Shown here: one piece after another, positions 37,753 through 47,850 of the stretch | How positions within the stretch are numbered: position 1 is the first letter of the stretch | Layout of the letters: every line of letters starts with the position of its first letter | Virus record (IMG/VR): IMGVR_UViG_3300010429_001166 | Origin: an uncultured virus (IMG/VR IMGVR_UViG_3300010429_001166) | Taxonomy: Duplodnaviria > Heunggongvirae > Uroviricota > Caudoviricetes | DNA length: 64,000 nucleotides | Strand: one strand, 5' to 3' | Made by a program: the position numbers and the translations under genes | Notes under the pieces: generated by a model | Database searches by the model: none | What the model saw: the letters and a program-made list of their open reading frames with translations, nothing else | What the model was told of the DNA's origin: nothing

Positions 37753-37891
37753 ATTCGAAATCTTCATCTCCATCCTTGAGCAGCAGCGCAACGTAGCCAT
37801 GACGGAGCTTGCGCGTGTAGCTGCGCGCAACGCAGTGCTGGAAACCGAAATTGCCAAGCTGAAAGAGCCGCCGCCTGCGGCTGCGGAGTGA
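37739..37891 (+). CDS. Small coiled-coil protein
   Basis: LEQQRN-A...LETEIAKLK. Confidence 0.55.
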   Translation: MPSNEFEIFISILEQQRNVAMTELARVAARNAVLETEIAKLKEPPPAAAE

Positions 37892-37895
37892 CGCC

Positions 37896-38225
37896 GTGTG
37901 GGAACAGATTCCTGACGAGGTTCGCAACGCGGCACCGGGGATGGCGGGCAGTGCGGTAGCGCTGATCTTTCTGCGTCGTCCGTTCTTCATGTCGCTGGGC
38001 ATCTTCATTGGTGGGTGTCTGATCGCGCATTTTGGAACGCGCTGGCTCGCCACGGTGTTGAGCATGGAGACGGCGGAAGGGCTTGTTGGCTTTTTGCTCG
38101 GTAGCTTCGCCATGGCACTGGTCGCTCGCACGTACGACTTTATTGGTGCCATCAACCCGACCGACGTGTGGGACTTGATCAAAGACATCGTGCGCAAGTG
38201 GTTTGGTGTAGGAGGGAGCAAATGA
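37896..38225 (+). CDS. Holin (putative)
   Basis: Three hydrophobic helices and a charged C-terminus, upstream of the endolysin. Confidence 0.7.
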   Translation: MWEQIPDEVRNAAPGMAGSAVALIFLRRPFFMSLGIFIGGCLIAHFGTRWLATVLSMETAEGLVGFLLGSFAMALVARTYDFIGAINPTDVWDLIKDIVRKWFGVGGSK

Positions 38226-38497
38226 TCACGACAACCATCTCTGCTTTCTTCGTCATTTACCTGTTCTGTCTCGCGGGCCTGTTCAGCTACGAATTCAAGG
38301 ACAACTGGTTCCAGCATTTTGGCCTGTTGGGCGGCGGCATCACGAGCGTGGCGGCGATGTATCGGGTCTACAACATGGGGTGGGTGCCCACGGAGATGTT
38401 GGTGTTCGCAGTGTCTGTCGCGCTGTATGCGCTCGGTACGGCGTTGAAAGTGTGGGGGTTCAGGAAGAAGCGGTATGAGTGCACAACTCAGTCCTAA
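38222..38497 (+). CDS. Second membrane protein of the lysis cassette (holin/antiholin-like)
   Basis: Three TM segments and a basic C-terminus. Confidence 0.6.
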   Translation: MITTTISAFFVIYLFCLAGLFSYEFKDNWFQHFGLLGGGITSVAAMYRVYNMGWVPTEMLVFAVSVALYALGTALKVWGFRKKRYECTTQS

Positions 38498-38936
38498 TTT
38501 CTGGCTAAACGAATTCATCGATTCGGAAACCGCCATGGCTATTGGCGACCCCAACGTGCCGTCTCCGCAGGTGCTGGAGCAGCTTTTCAATCTCGCGTTC
38601 GCGCTGGAGGGTGTGCGTGACTATCTGGGCGGCAAGGCGGTGGTGATCAGCAGCGGCTATCGCTCGCCCGCTGTGAATGCCGCCGTTGGTGGCGTGTCGA
38701 ACTCCGACCACATTCTCGGCATGGCTGCGGATGTGAAGGTGCCGGGATACGGCTCGCCGCGTGAAGTGTGCGAAGCGCTGGTGCCGTACATGAATGCATT
38801 TGGGATCAAACAGGTGATCAACGAATTCGGCACGTGGATGCATGTGTCGATCAAAGAGCCCGCCAATCCGATCAACCGCGTTCTGACGATTGACCGCCAT
38901 GGTGTCCGTGCTGGTATCCACAAGACGAGGGGCTGA
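38475..38936 (+). CDS. Endolysin, peptidase M15A family
   Basis: LSPNF-L-EF, SSGYRSP--N-AVGG---S-H--G-AAD, W-HVS. Confidence 0.92.
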   Translation: MSAQLSPNFWLNEFIDSETAMAIGDPNVPSPQVLEQLFNLAFALEGVRDYLGGKAVVISSGYRSPAVNAAVGGVSNSDHILGMAADVKVPGYGSPREVCEALVPYMNAFGIKQVINEFGTWMHVSIKEPANPINRVLTIDRHGVRAGIHKTRG

Positions 38937-39439
38937 TGGGCTGGGGCGCGATTCCGCTGGGCGTACGGATAGCCGCAATCGTGGGCTTTGCGCTTTGCTT
39001 TGCACTCGTCGGGATGGGGACACACAAGGTGTTCAGCGACCGCAAGATAGCGAAGCTGAAGAAGGATCACGCGGAATACGTTGCGAAGGTGGCGATTGAC
39101 AAGGCCAATGTGGAAGCTGCGTTCAGGGCCAAGGAAACCAAGATCAGGGACAGCGCCGATGCCATTCTCACTGCCACACTGGAAGAGCTACGTGATGTTG
39201 TCGCTGTGCGTGACCGGCTGCGCGTCGAACTCACTGCCACCCGGAACCGTCTCAAAGCCGCCGAGCTTGCCCCCGCTGAGTGCAGAGATTACGCAGCCCC
39301 GCCAACCCAACTTTCAACTGTGCATGCAGAAATGGTTGCAGAACTCGCTTACGCCGCCGATGTCGTCGTGCTTGAACGCAACGCCTGCATTGCCCAATAC
39401 AACGCAGCCAGAGAAGCGTTGAACGAGGTGAGCAACTAA
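38936..39439 (+). CDS. Rz-like inner-membrane spanin
   Basis: N-terminal TM plus coiled coil, after the endolysin. Confidence 0.8.
   Translation: MGWGAIPLGVRIAAIVGFALCFALVGMGTHKVFSDRKIAKLKKDHAEYVAKVAIDKANVEAAFRAKETKIRDSADAILTATLEELRDVVAVRDRLRVELTATRNRLKAAELAPAECRDYAAPPTQLSTVHAEMVAELAYAADVVVLERNACIAQYNAAREALNEVSN
39159..39422 (+). CDS. Rz1-like outer-membrane lipoprotein spanin, embedded in a different frame
   Basis: Lipobox LCVTG-C, Pro-rich mature part, nested in Rz. Confidence 0.75.
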   Translation: MPFSLPHWKSYVMLSLCVTGCASNSLPPGTVSKPPSLPPLSAEITQPRQPNFQLCMQKWLQNSLTPPMSSCLNATPALPNTTQPEKR

Positions 39440-41056
39440 ATGCCCAGCACATATTCGAATTCACTGCGGCTGGAGTTGATCGGCGCAGGCGAACAGACCG
39501 GAACGTGGAATGTCACCACGAACCGTAATCTCGGCACGCTCATCGAGACGGCCATCTGTGGTGTGCTGTCGCTGTCGATGGTGGACACCGACCAGACGCT
39601 TTCGACGGTCAACGGCAACGTGGATCAGGCGCGCAACGCCATCATCGTGGCGACGGGTTCGCTGTCGGCCAACCGCGCGATCATCGCGCCGAACGTGCCG
39701 AAGAACTATGTGGTGCGCAACGCGACCACTGGTGGGTTCAACGTACTGATCAAAACCAGCGGCGGCATCGCGGTTGCGGTTGCCCCCGGGCAGTCCGCTG
39801 CGGTGTTCTGCGATGGCTCGGACTTCTATCTGGCGCAGGCCAACCCGGTGCTGTCCAGCCAGCAGATCACCGATGCGCTGGGTTACACGCCGTACAGTAA
39901 CGCCAACCCTTCTGGATACATCACTTCGGCTGCGTTGGGGTCATACGCGCCTCTGGCCTCTCCTCCCTTGACAGGAACGCCGACTGCCCCAACGCAGCCA
40001 CCCGGCACCAACAACCAGACGCTGGCGACAACTGCGTACGTCGTGTCTGCTGTGACTGCTGCGACCACGGGTGTGGTGTCGGTCAACGGGCGCACGGGCG
40101 CGGTGGTGCTCAACAGCGGCGACATCGCCAGCGCGCTGGGTTACACCGCGTACAACGCAGCCAACCCCGCTGGTTACATCAACGCTGCCGGGGCTCCGGT
40201 GCAGTCTGTGTTCGGGCGCACAGGCGCGGTAGTGCTGCAGAGTGCCGACGTGACGGGTGCGCTGGGCTACACACCCTACAACAACACGAACCCGGCTGGA
40301 TACATAACGGCGTCGGCGCTGACGCCGTACGCATCTCTGGCTTCTCCCCCCTTGACCGGTGTACCTACTGCGCCGACTGCAGCCACGGGTAACAACACCA
40401 CACAGATCGCCACCACGCAGTTTGTGCAGTCAGCCATCAATGCTGGTGTAGCAGGTGTGTCGTCGTTCAACACGCGTACGGGCGCTGTTACTCTTTCTTC
40501 GCTGGACGTGACTAACGCGCTAGCGTTTACACCGGTGCAGCAGGGTAATGGGGTTGGCCAACTTACTAACATCGTAAAGATTGGATGGAGTAGCGGTTCA
40601 CGGGTCAAGGTGACGGTAGACAGCACCGATATCGGCAACGTTCTGTTCGACAACGCGGCTATCTCGCTGTTGACCAATAACGTTGGCTACATCACTGCTT
40701 CCGGCGCTCCTGTGCAGTCGTACAACGGGCGTGTGGGGAACGTCGTTCCGCAGTACGGTGATGTGATCGGTGCGCTCAACTACACACCGTATTCGACAGC
40801 GGGTGGCACGATCAGTGGTGACGTGATGGTGTCGCATCCGGCAGCGAATACCACGGGGCGTGTGTATCTGGGTAGTTCAGGCGCGCGATTCTTGGGTTTC
40901 GACGGCACGAACTACCAGCTACCGCTTGCAAATCTGGTTGTCGGCACGCGGCTGTATGGCAACGGCCCGGTGGGTATCGGCATTGGCTCGATGCAGGTTT
41001 CCACAAGCGGCCCAAGCGGAGGGTTGCCCGGTGACATCTGGGGTGTGTACGTCTGA
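39440..41056 (+). CDS. Tail fibre protein
   Basis: N-terminal STYS-SLRLELI--GEQ-GTW anchor; repeats SV(N/F)GRTGAV, ALGYTPYN--NPAGYI, SPPLTG-PTAPT. Confidence 0.85.
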   Translation: MPSTYSNSLRLELIGAGEQTGTWNVTTNRNLGTLIETAICGVLSLSMVDTDQTLSTVNGNVDQARNAIIVATGSLSANRAIIAPNVPKNYVVRNATTGGFNVLIKTSGGIAVAVAPGQSAAVFCDGSDFYLAQANPVLSSQQITDALGYTPYSNANPSGYITSAALGSYAPLASPPLTGTPTAPTQPPGTNNQTLATTAYVVSAVTAATTGVVSVNGRTGAVVLNSGDIASALGYTAYNAANPAGYINAAGAPVQSVFGRTGAVVLQSADVTGALGYTPYNNTNPAGYITASALTPYASLASPPLTGVPTAPTAATGNNTTQIATTQFVQSAINAGVAGVSSFNTRTGAVTLSSLDVTNALAFTPVQQGNGVGQLTNIVKIGWSSGSRVKVTVDSTDIGNVLFDNAAISLLTNNVGYITASGAPVQSYNGRVGNVVPQYGDVIGALNYTPYSTAGGTISGDVMVSHPAANTTGRVYLGSSGARFLGFDGTNYQLPLANLVVGTRLYGNGPVGIGIGSMQVSTSGPSGGLPGDIWGVYV

Positions 41057-41595
41057 TGGCTACCGAACTGCACATCAAGGACAGCAGCGACACGTGGCGC
41101 AAGCTCACGCAAATCCACATCAAGGACAGCAGCGACACGTGGCGCAACCTGAAGGAGTTGTGGATCAAGGGCAGTGATGACGTGTGGCGCAGGGTGTTCA
41201 ATTCGATTGTCATTACGGTGCCATCTGGCACGGTTGACCACACTGTTGGTGCACCAACAGACGCGAACGCGCTCATTAGTTTCGGTAGCGACGGCAGCAT
41301 CAGTTACGGCGCAGGTAACACGACTCCGGGTATGGCACAGTGGGGTACGCCAACGTCAGGAGGTCTAGGTAGTGGATACGTGATTCGTGCTTCGATAAGC
41401 GGAACTGCGGTTAATTACCCCGGCTCGGCAGCAACCGATAATTCATGGATTTCGCTTGGCACTGCGGTTCTCTGGGGACAACGCGTAACCGGTGTAGGCG
41501 CGCGTACATGCACGCTTGCTATTCAAATTTCAGGTGACGGCGGAGCAACGATCATTGCCAGCGGTTCAGTAACGATTAACGCGGAGGCGGCGTAA
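41056..41595 (+). CDS. Tail fibre tip / receptor-binding partner
   Basis: Three 15-aa IK----(T/V)WR repeats followed by a Gly-rich beta domain. Confidence 0.65.
   Translation: MATELHIKDSSDTWRKLTQIHIKDSSDTWRNLKELWIKGSDDVWRRVFNSIVITVPSGTVDHTVGAPTDANALISFGSDGSISYGAGNTTPGMAQWGTPTSGGLGSGYVIRASISGTAVNYPGSAATDNSWISLGTAVLWGQRVTGVGARTCTLAIQISGDGGATIIASGSVTINAEAA
41071..41147 (+). repeat. Exact 32-bp direct repeat, 45-bp period
   Basis: CACATCAAGGACAGCAGCGACACGTGGCGCAA at 41071 and 41116. Confidence 0.9.
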
Positions 41596-43445
41596 TGCCT
41601 TTGCAAGCCCTCCAGTTCAAGCCGGGTATCGACCGGGAGAACACCAACTACGTTTCCGAAGGTGGTTGGTACTCCTGCGACAAAGTGCGCTTCCGTTCCG
41701 GATATCCGGAGAAGATTGGCGGTTGGGTGCGCATCGGCCTGCAAGCGTACGAGGGTGTGGCGCGCACGCTCATCAACTGGGTGACGCTCGCCAACGAGAA
41801 CCTGCTGGGCTTCGGCACGCACCTGAAATACTACGTCGAACTGGGCGAAGCGCTGTACGACATCACCCCACTGCGTGCGTCGAGCATCATCAACAACAAT
41901 CCTTTCGCCACTATCAATGGCTCTGATGTGGTTGTTGTGTCCGACACCGCGCACGGCGCAGCGGATGGGGATTACGTGACCTTTACCGGGGCTACGGGTT
42001 TCGCGGGCTTCACGCCCGACCAACTGAACCGTGAGTTTCGTATCACGCTCATTGACGGGGACTCGTACTCAATTACGTTGCCGCAGGCAGCGAATGCCAC
42101 GACCACGGGTGGTGGCGGTGCAGTGGTGGCCGCGTATCAGGTCAACACTGGTTTGGCTACGTACATTCAAGGCACGGGCTGGGGCGCTGGCGGTTGGGGG
42201 CGCGGGGGCTGGGGCTCGGGCTCGTACATCAGCATCGATTTCCAATTGCGCCTGTGGAACCACGGTCAGTTCGGTGAAGACCTGATCTACGGCCCGCGTG
42301 GCGGCGGGCTCTACTACTGGGATGCTTCCACGGGCACCGGCACACGCGGCGTGCGGCTGGACAGCTTGGTAGGCGCGAGCAACGTGCCACAGGTGCACAA
42401 CGTACTCGTCGTTTCCGATGTCTCACGTTTTGTTCTTGTTTTCGGTACCAACCCCCTCGGCAGCGCCGTAATGGACCCCATGTTGATCCGATGGAGTGAT
42501 CAGGAGAATGCCGTTCAGTGGACACCCGCAGCGACGAATCAGGCAGGCGATCTGCGCCTGTCGTACGGCTCCTCAGTCATCACGGCGCGCAACGCGCGGC
42601 AGGAGATTCTGGTCTGGACGGATGCTGGGCTCTACTCCCTGCAATACCAAGGTCTGCCGTTCGTGTTCGGTGCGCAGTTGATCGCGGAGAACCTGTCGAT
42701 TGCAGGACCGAATGCGGTTGCGGTTGCCAATAACGCGGCGTACTGGATGGGGGCGGACAAGTTCTATCGCTACACCGGTCGCGTCGAGACGCTGGACTGC
42801 ACGCTGCTGCGGCACATCTTCGAAGACTTCAATACGACGCAGCGTTGGCAGGTGTGCGCGGGTAGCAACGAGGGCTTCAACGAAATTTGGTGGTTCTATT
42901 GCTCACAGGATGCGTTGCAGAACGACCGCTATGTGGTCTACAACTACCTCGAAAACATCTGGTACTACGGCAACCTGTCGCGCACTGCGTGGCTGGACTC
43001 GCCACTGCGCGGCTTCCCGATTGCGGCTACCAACGGCTCCATCGTGTACCACGAGAACGGTGTGGATGACGGTGAACTGATCAACACCGCGCCAGCGCCC
43101 ATCAACGCATACGTGGAATCAGCGGACTTCGATATTGGCGACGGACATCAGTTCGCTATGATCTGGCGCATGATCCCCGACATCACGTTCGTGGGTTCGA
43201 CTGATGCGACACCGGCAGTGAAGATGACGCTGTATCCGCGCCGCTCGCCCGGGTCTGCCTACACTGTTGAGCCGCCGACGACGGTGGTGCGCGGTGTGAC
43301 CGTGCCGGTTGAGCAGTTCACGGAGCAGGTGTATGTGCGCCTGCGCGGGCGGCAAATATCGCTGCGTGTGGAATCCGATCAGCTTGGTGTTGCGTGGCAG
43401 GTTGGCAAACCGCGCGCCGATGTGCGCCCGGATGGCAGGAGGTAG
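41595..43445 (+). CDS. Tail nozzle / DNA stabilisation protein (putative)
   Basis: VRFRSG-PEKIGGW, IRWSDQE, WWFY, terminal D-RPDGRR; position before the ejection proteins. Confidence 0.75.
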   Translation: MPLQALQFKPGIDRENTNYVSEGGWYSCDKVRFRSGYPEKIGGWVRIGLQAYEGVARTLINWVTLANENLLGFGTHLKYYVELGEALYDITPLRASSIINNNPFATINGSDVVVVSDTAHGAADGDYVTFTGATGFAGFTPDQLNREFRITLIDGDSYSITLPQAANATTTGGGGAVVAAYQVNTGLATYIQGTGWGAGGWGRGGWGSGSYISIDFQLRLWNHGQFGEDLIYGPRGGGLYYWDASTGTGTRGVRLDSLVGASNVPQVHNVLVVSDVSRFVLVFGTNPLGSAVMDPMLIRWSDQENAVQWTPAATNQAGDLRLSYGSSVITARNARQEILVWTDAGLYSLQYQGLPFVFGAQLIAENLSIAGPNAVAVANNAAYWMGADKFYRYTGRVETLDCTLLRHIFEDFNTTQRWQVCAGSNEGFNEIWWFYCSQDALQNDRYVVYNYLENIWYYGNLSRTAWLDSPLRGFPIAATNGSIVYHENGVDDGELINTAPAPINAYVESADFDIGDGHQFAMIWRMIPDITFVGSTDATPAVKMTLYPRRSPGSAYTVEPPTTVVRGVTVPVEQFTEQVYVRLRGRQISLRVESDQLGVAWQVGKPRADVRPDGRR

Positions 43446-43449
43446 GCAC

Positions 43450-43686
43450 ATGGCTGCGCCTCTTCTTCCACTGCCGCCCAAGGAGTACGACGGGACATAC
43501 ATGCTGCAATTCGTGCGCACGCTGGACACGTACTTCCGCCAAATCGAGGCGGTGCGACACGTCAACGCCGCATCAGTCAATGTCAACATCAACAGTCTGC
43601 CGACGCAGACGCAGTTGTCTTCGTTGCGCTCGGGTGATGTGTACCGCGATACGAGCGACAACAACACATTGAAGGTAAAGCCATGA
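43450..43686 (+). CDS. Small tail protein
   Basis: LP-PP-EYD...L--YF; L-SGDVY. Confidence 0.65.
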   Translation: MAAPLLPLPPKEYDGTYMLQFVRTLDTYFRQIEAVRHVNAASVNVNINSLPTQTQLSSLRSGDVYRDTSDNNTLKVKP

Positions 43687-45473
43687 GCGGTATCGAGAGT
43701 CTGGTCCGCAGGGGCATGGAGATGGGCATGCAGGCGTTCGCTGACGGTGGGCAGGTTGGTGAGCCGGGACGCTTCACGCAGAACCCTGATGGCTCATATT
43801 CGTTACAGATTGAGAATGGTGGGCTGCACCGGCTGCCGTTCAACATCGATCCGAACGCTATTGAGCGCGGCTTTTACAGCGGGCAACTGGGGGGTTGGTT
43901 CAACAACGAACAGGACTATGAAGGTGCACGCCGTGGGTACTACGCGTCGAATCCCGATGCAAGTGCTTTGCCTGATTGGCAGACGTTTTCGGATTACACG
44001 ACGCAGCGAGCCAACGGTATCACTGAGGGGGGCATGTCGGCGGTTGATAACCGCGCGTATGCGTACACCGACCCTGCAACTGGAGTGAACTACAACTCCA
44101 ACAGCATCAACACCAGCATTGGTGTTGATGAATACGGCAGCCCGCGTATCACGATCAAGTACGGCGACAAAGGCGGCATAGTCGTTCCGTACGTTAAGAA
44201 TGAGCAGGGCCGGTACGTTCCTGATGTGTCCAACGCGCAGCAGTTCACGCGGAACACCAACACGCAGTGGTACGACTACATACCGCTCGTCATAGCGGGT
44301 GGCTATTTCGGTGCAGCGGCGGCGGGGCTTGGTGCGACTGCGGAGGGGGCAGCCGCAGGTGCAGGGGCTGGTGGTGGCGGATCGGTTGTCAGTGGGCTGC
44401 CATACGTGCCATTTGAAGAAGGCTTCGTTGGTTCAACGTTTGGAGCAGAAGCAGGGTTGAGTACGCTTCCTTATGTGCCATTCGAAGAGGGCTTCCCGGC
44501 GTACACACCGTTCGAAGAAGGGTTTGTTGGCTCAGAGTTTGGTGGGGCTGAAGGAATCTTTAATCCAGAAACAGGTGTGTATGACTTCCCACAAGCAACT
44601 GTGACGCCACCGGCTGAAGTGCCTCCGGGTTGGCCTGAACTACCCCCGACGCTACCTCCGCCTATGTCGGAAATTCCGATGAACCCGGAGCTACCCACAA
44701 TCCCTACGTTTGATCCGCCAACTATCCCCGGCTACGAAGACCCGGAATGGTGGCAGCGCATCATCGATTGGGCAAAAAACAATCCGGAGAAGGTCATCAC
44801 GGGTATTGGCACCGTCGGAAGCATCTTCGAAGGGTTGAACGAAGACGACGCAGCGAGCGGTGGCGGTGCGGCCAGCGACGGTTGGAAAGGGCCGATCACC
44901 AACTACAGCTTGGCGCAGACATACACGCCTGCACCTGCCAACTATCGTCCGGGCTTCGATCCGGAGCATGTGTACCTGCGCTCGTCGTATGTATCAGGCA
45001 ACCCGCAGTCGCCGCAGATGACCGTGAATCCAATCCCTCCGGATATCGTTCACACAGACGATCCCGGCATGAGCACGCCGTACGTGCACCCCGCACCCGG
45101 TGAAACCGGCACTGCAGGGCCGACGCAGGGGCAGATCGGTAGGGTGGGTTCACCGCTTGTGGTCGGTGACAGCAAGAAGAAAGCACTGCTGGGCTTGGCA
45201 CAGGGCGGCATCGCGTCACTGGCTCCACGCATGACCAAGGGGCCGGGGGATGGCTTGTCTGACAGCATCCCCGCTACAATTGAAGGACAGCAACCGGCTG
45301 TCCTGAGTGCACAAGAATTCGTGGTCCCAGCGGACGTGGTAAGTCATCTGGGCAATGGTTCCTCTGAAGCAGGGGCACAGGTGCTGTACGACATGATGGA
45401 CCGCATCCGTCATGCGCGCACCGGTAACAAGCAACCAGCGCGGCAGATCAACCCTGCCAAACTCATACCGTAA
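43683..45473 (+). CDS. Internal virion / ejection protein
   Basis: C-terminal GPGDG-SDSIPA...EFVVPADVVS-LGNGSSEAGA domain; central TM-like and Pro-rich parts. Confidence 0.7.
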   Translation: MSGIESLVRRGMEMGMQAFADGGQVGEPGRFTQNPDGSYSLQIENGGLHRLPFNIDPNAIERGFYSGQLGGWFNNEQDYEGARRGYYASNPDASALPDWQTFSDYTTQRANGITEGGMSAVDNRAYAYTDPATGVNYNSNSINTSIGVDEYGSPRITIKYGDKGGIVVPYVKNEQGRYVPDVSNAQQFTRNTNTQWYDYIPLVIAGGYFGAAAAGLGATAEGAAAGAGAGGGGSVVSGLPYVPFEEGFVGSTFGAEAGLSTLPYVPFEEGFPAYTPFEEGFVGSEFGGAEGIFNPETGVYDFPQATVTPPAEVPPGWPELPPTLPPPMSEIPMNPELPTIPTFDPPTIPGYEDPEWWQRIIDWAKNNPEKVITGIGTVGSIFEGLNEDDAASGGGAASDGWKGPITNYSLAQTYTPAPANYRPGFDPEHVYLRSSYVSGNPQSPQMTVNPIPPDIVHTDDPGMSTPYVHPAPGETGTAGPTQGQIGRVGSPLVVGDSKKKALLGLAQGGIASLAPRMTKGPGDGLSDSIPATIEGQQPAVLSAQEFVVPADVVSHLGNGSSEAGAQVLYDMMDRIRHARTGNKQPARQINPAKLIP

Positions 45474-45482
45474 GGGCGCGTC

Positions 45483-46370
45483 ATGGCTGACACCACTCAA
45501 ACCAGCACTAACAGTGCAGACCTTCCGCAATGGGCTGGCCCTTATGTGGGCGACATGCTCGGGCGCTCGCTCGCGCTGTCGTACTCACCCTATCAGGGCT
45601 ACGGCGGTCAACGGTTGGAGAACTTCTCCGATTTGCAGAACCAGTCGTTTGGTTCCATTGGCTCCATGCAGGCACCGGGGCAGACCGGCACCGCGACCAA
45701 CTATGCGAATCAGGCGGGGCTGGCGGGGCTCGGTGCCACGCAGAAGTGGATCGATCCCGGGGTGGCAAGTTCGTACATGTCGCCCTACATGCAGAACGTG
45801 GTGGACATCCAGAACCGCGAACTGCAGCGCAGTGGTCAGATTCAGCAGAACATGAACCAAGCGAAGGCGGTGCAGGCGGGCGCGTACGGTGGCTCGCGGC
45901 ACGGTCTGGTTGATGCTGAACAGCAGCGCAACCTCATGCAGCAGATGAACGACAACCAGAACGCGGGTCTGCAATCTGCGTACACCACGGGTATGGGGCA
46001 GTTCAATCAAGACCGCTCTGGCGCGCTCGCGGGCGCGGGGGTCGCTAACCAAGCGGCAGGTGTGCTGGGCACTCTCGGTCAGAACCAGTTGCAGAACCAA
46101 ATGGGCATTGCCACGCTGCAGAACCAGTTTGGCGCACAACAGCAGTCGCTGGGCCAGCTTGGTCGGGACTATGACTATGAGAGTTTTCAGCAGCAACAGC
46201 AGTGGCCGTACCAGCAACTGAACTTTGCCAACAGCATCCTGCGCGGCTACCCGCTCAATGGCAATAGCACGCAGACCACGACGACCAACGAGAGCCGTCC
46301 GTCGCTATGGTCGCAGATCACGGGTGCAGGACTTACAGGCTTGAGCCTGTGGAACATGTTCGGGAAATAA
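45483..46370 (+). CDS. DNA transfer / pilot-like ejection protein
   Basis: Gln/Gly-rich, YMSPYMQNVV, AGAYGGSR, C-terminal hydrophobic tail. Confidence 0.75.
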   Translation: MADTTQTSTNSADLPQWAGPYVGDMLGRSLALSYSPYQGYGGQRLENFSDLQNQSFGSIGSMQAPGQTGTATNYANQAGLAGLGATQKWIDPGVASSYMSPYMQNVVDIQNRELQRSGQIQQNMNQAKAVQAGAYGGSRHGLVDAEQQRNLMQQMNDNQNAGLQSAYTTGMGQFNQDRSGALAGAGVANQAAGVLGTLGQNQLQNQMGIATLQNQFGAQQQSLGQLGRDYDYESFQQQQQWPYQQLNFANSILRGYPLNGNSTQTTTTNESRPSLWSQITGAGLTGLSLWNMFGK

Positions 46371-46371
46371 C

Positions 46372-47850
46372 ATGGACATCCTCCAGCTTCAGGAAATGGC
46401 CAACTCGATGCCGACCCCGGCATTGCTGGAAGCGGTCAACAGTCCGAACAGTCCCGTCCCCGCGTTCCTCGCGCTGACCGTGTTGAATGAGCGCAAGAAT
46501 ATGCAGGCGGGTGCCAACGCACAGCAAGCGCAACAGCAACTTGCCCAACAGCCGCCGACGGTAGCGCAGGGTGTGACGCAAGGTGTGGCTGGGTTGCCGA
46601 CTGGTACGACGATTCCGCAGCAGGGGTACGCGCAGGGTGGAATCGTGGCGTTTGATCGCGGTGGGATGATTCCTTATAGCCCCGGTGCGCTGCGCCCGCC
46701 GATGTACTCGCAGGATGAGCCAGTTGTGCCCGGTCCAGATCACGGTCGTTCGATTCTGACGAAGCTGCCTGAAATGTGGGAGTGGTTGAACAAGTTCACG
46801 CAACGCGCCAATGTGGACTACAACTACGTGAATCAAGGCTACGGTAACGAGGGGCAGCACGGCCTGCCTGCGCTGACACGGCCAACGCATCCGGGCATGA
46901 ATCAGGCGGACTACAGCAACGAGCCTTCGCACCTGCGAAGCACGAGCACGAGCTATCCAATTGGCCCCGCCCGCCCAAGCGGAGTTCCCAGCACCGCAGT
47001 CGGCGGTGGCATCGGCGGCGGAATGCGCCAGCAATCCGGCTATCCGGACTTCGTTGACCCACGTACCGGCGCTGCACCCCGCATGACAGAGGAGCAACGC
47101 GACGCCGAAGTGATGCGCCAGTACGAGCGCATCAAGGCAATGTATGGCGAAGACGTTGCGCAGCAGTTCATCACTGAAATCAAAGCCGAGCGCGGCAAGC
47201 TCGATCAGCGCTATACCGACAACAAGAACGAAGCGTGGCTGCGCGCTGGCCTTGGAATGCTGGCCGGTCGTTCGAAGTGGGGCGCGGTCAATATCGGTGA
47301 GGGTGGCCAACAGGGTCTGAACGCGTATCAGGCAGGCCGCGCAGCGATTGATCGTGATGGACGCGATCTGCGCCGTGAAGAGATGGCTGCGCGTATGGGC
47401 ATGCAGCAACGGCAGGATGTGCTCCGTGGTCAGGCGCAGACGCAAGCGGATCGCGCAGCGGATCGCACCGACCGCACCCGCGCCGAAGACATCGCGGTCA
47501 ACACCTCCATGATGGAGCACAAGGTCAAAGCCGCGCAGTTCGGTCTGGACAGTCGCAAGGTCGATGCGATGTTCGCGGAGGTGAGCGCGCGGCTGGCAGC
47601 GGTCAAGGAATCGGCGGCGGCACGGGGGGATGAGCGCATGTTGCGAGTTATCGATGGTGCGTACAACGGTGCAGTTAAGCAGGTGTTGGAAGGCATCAAG
47701 GACGACCCGTTCGCGCTGAAGGATTTCAACGAGAATCCCGGCAAGTATGCCGACAAGATCGACCGTGCTTTCCAGCAACGCATGTCTGCGACGCAAGGCC
47801 AAATGTCGCGCATGCAACGTGGTAAGGCTTCTGCTTTCGGACTGGACTGA
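46372..47850 (+). CDS. Internal virion / ejection protein
   Basis: YAQGGIVAF motif, helical C-terminal half. Confidence 0.7.
   Translation: MDILQLQEMANSMPTPALLEAVNSPNSPVPAFLALTVLNERKNMQAGANAQQAQQQLAQQPPTVAQGVTQGVAGLPTGTTIPQQGYAQGGIVAFDRGGMIPYSPGALRPPMYSQDEPVVPGPDHGRSILTKLPEMWEWLNKFTQRANVDYNYVNQGYGNEGQHGLPALTRPTHPGMNQADYSNEPSHLRSTSTSYPIGPARPSGVPSTAVGGGIGGGMRQQSGYPDFVDPRTGAAPRMTEEQRDAEVMRQYERIKAMYGEDVAQQFITEIKAERGKLDQRYTDNKNEAWLRAGLGMLAGRSKWGAVNIGEGGQQGLNAYQAGRAAIDRDGRDLRREEMAARMGMQQRQDVLRGQAQTQADRAADRTDRTRAEDIAVNTSMMEHKVKAAQFGLDSRKVDAMFAEVSARLAAVKESAAARGDERMLRVIDGAYNGAVKQVLEGIKDDPFALKDFNENPGKYADKIDRAFQQRMSATQGQMSRMQRGKASAFGLD

Noticed and set aside
29671..41595. Diversity-generating retroelement targeting fibre genes
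   Set aside because: No reverse transcriptase and no adenine-mismatched TR/VR repeat pair noticed.
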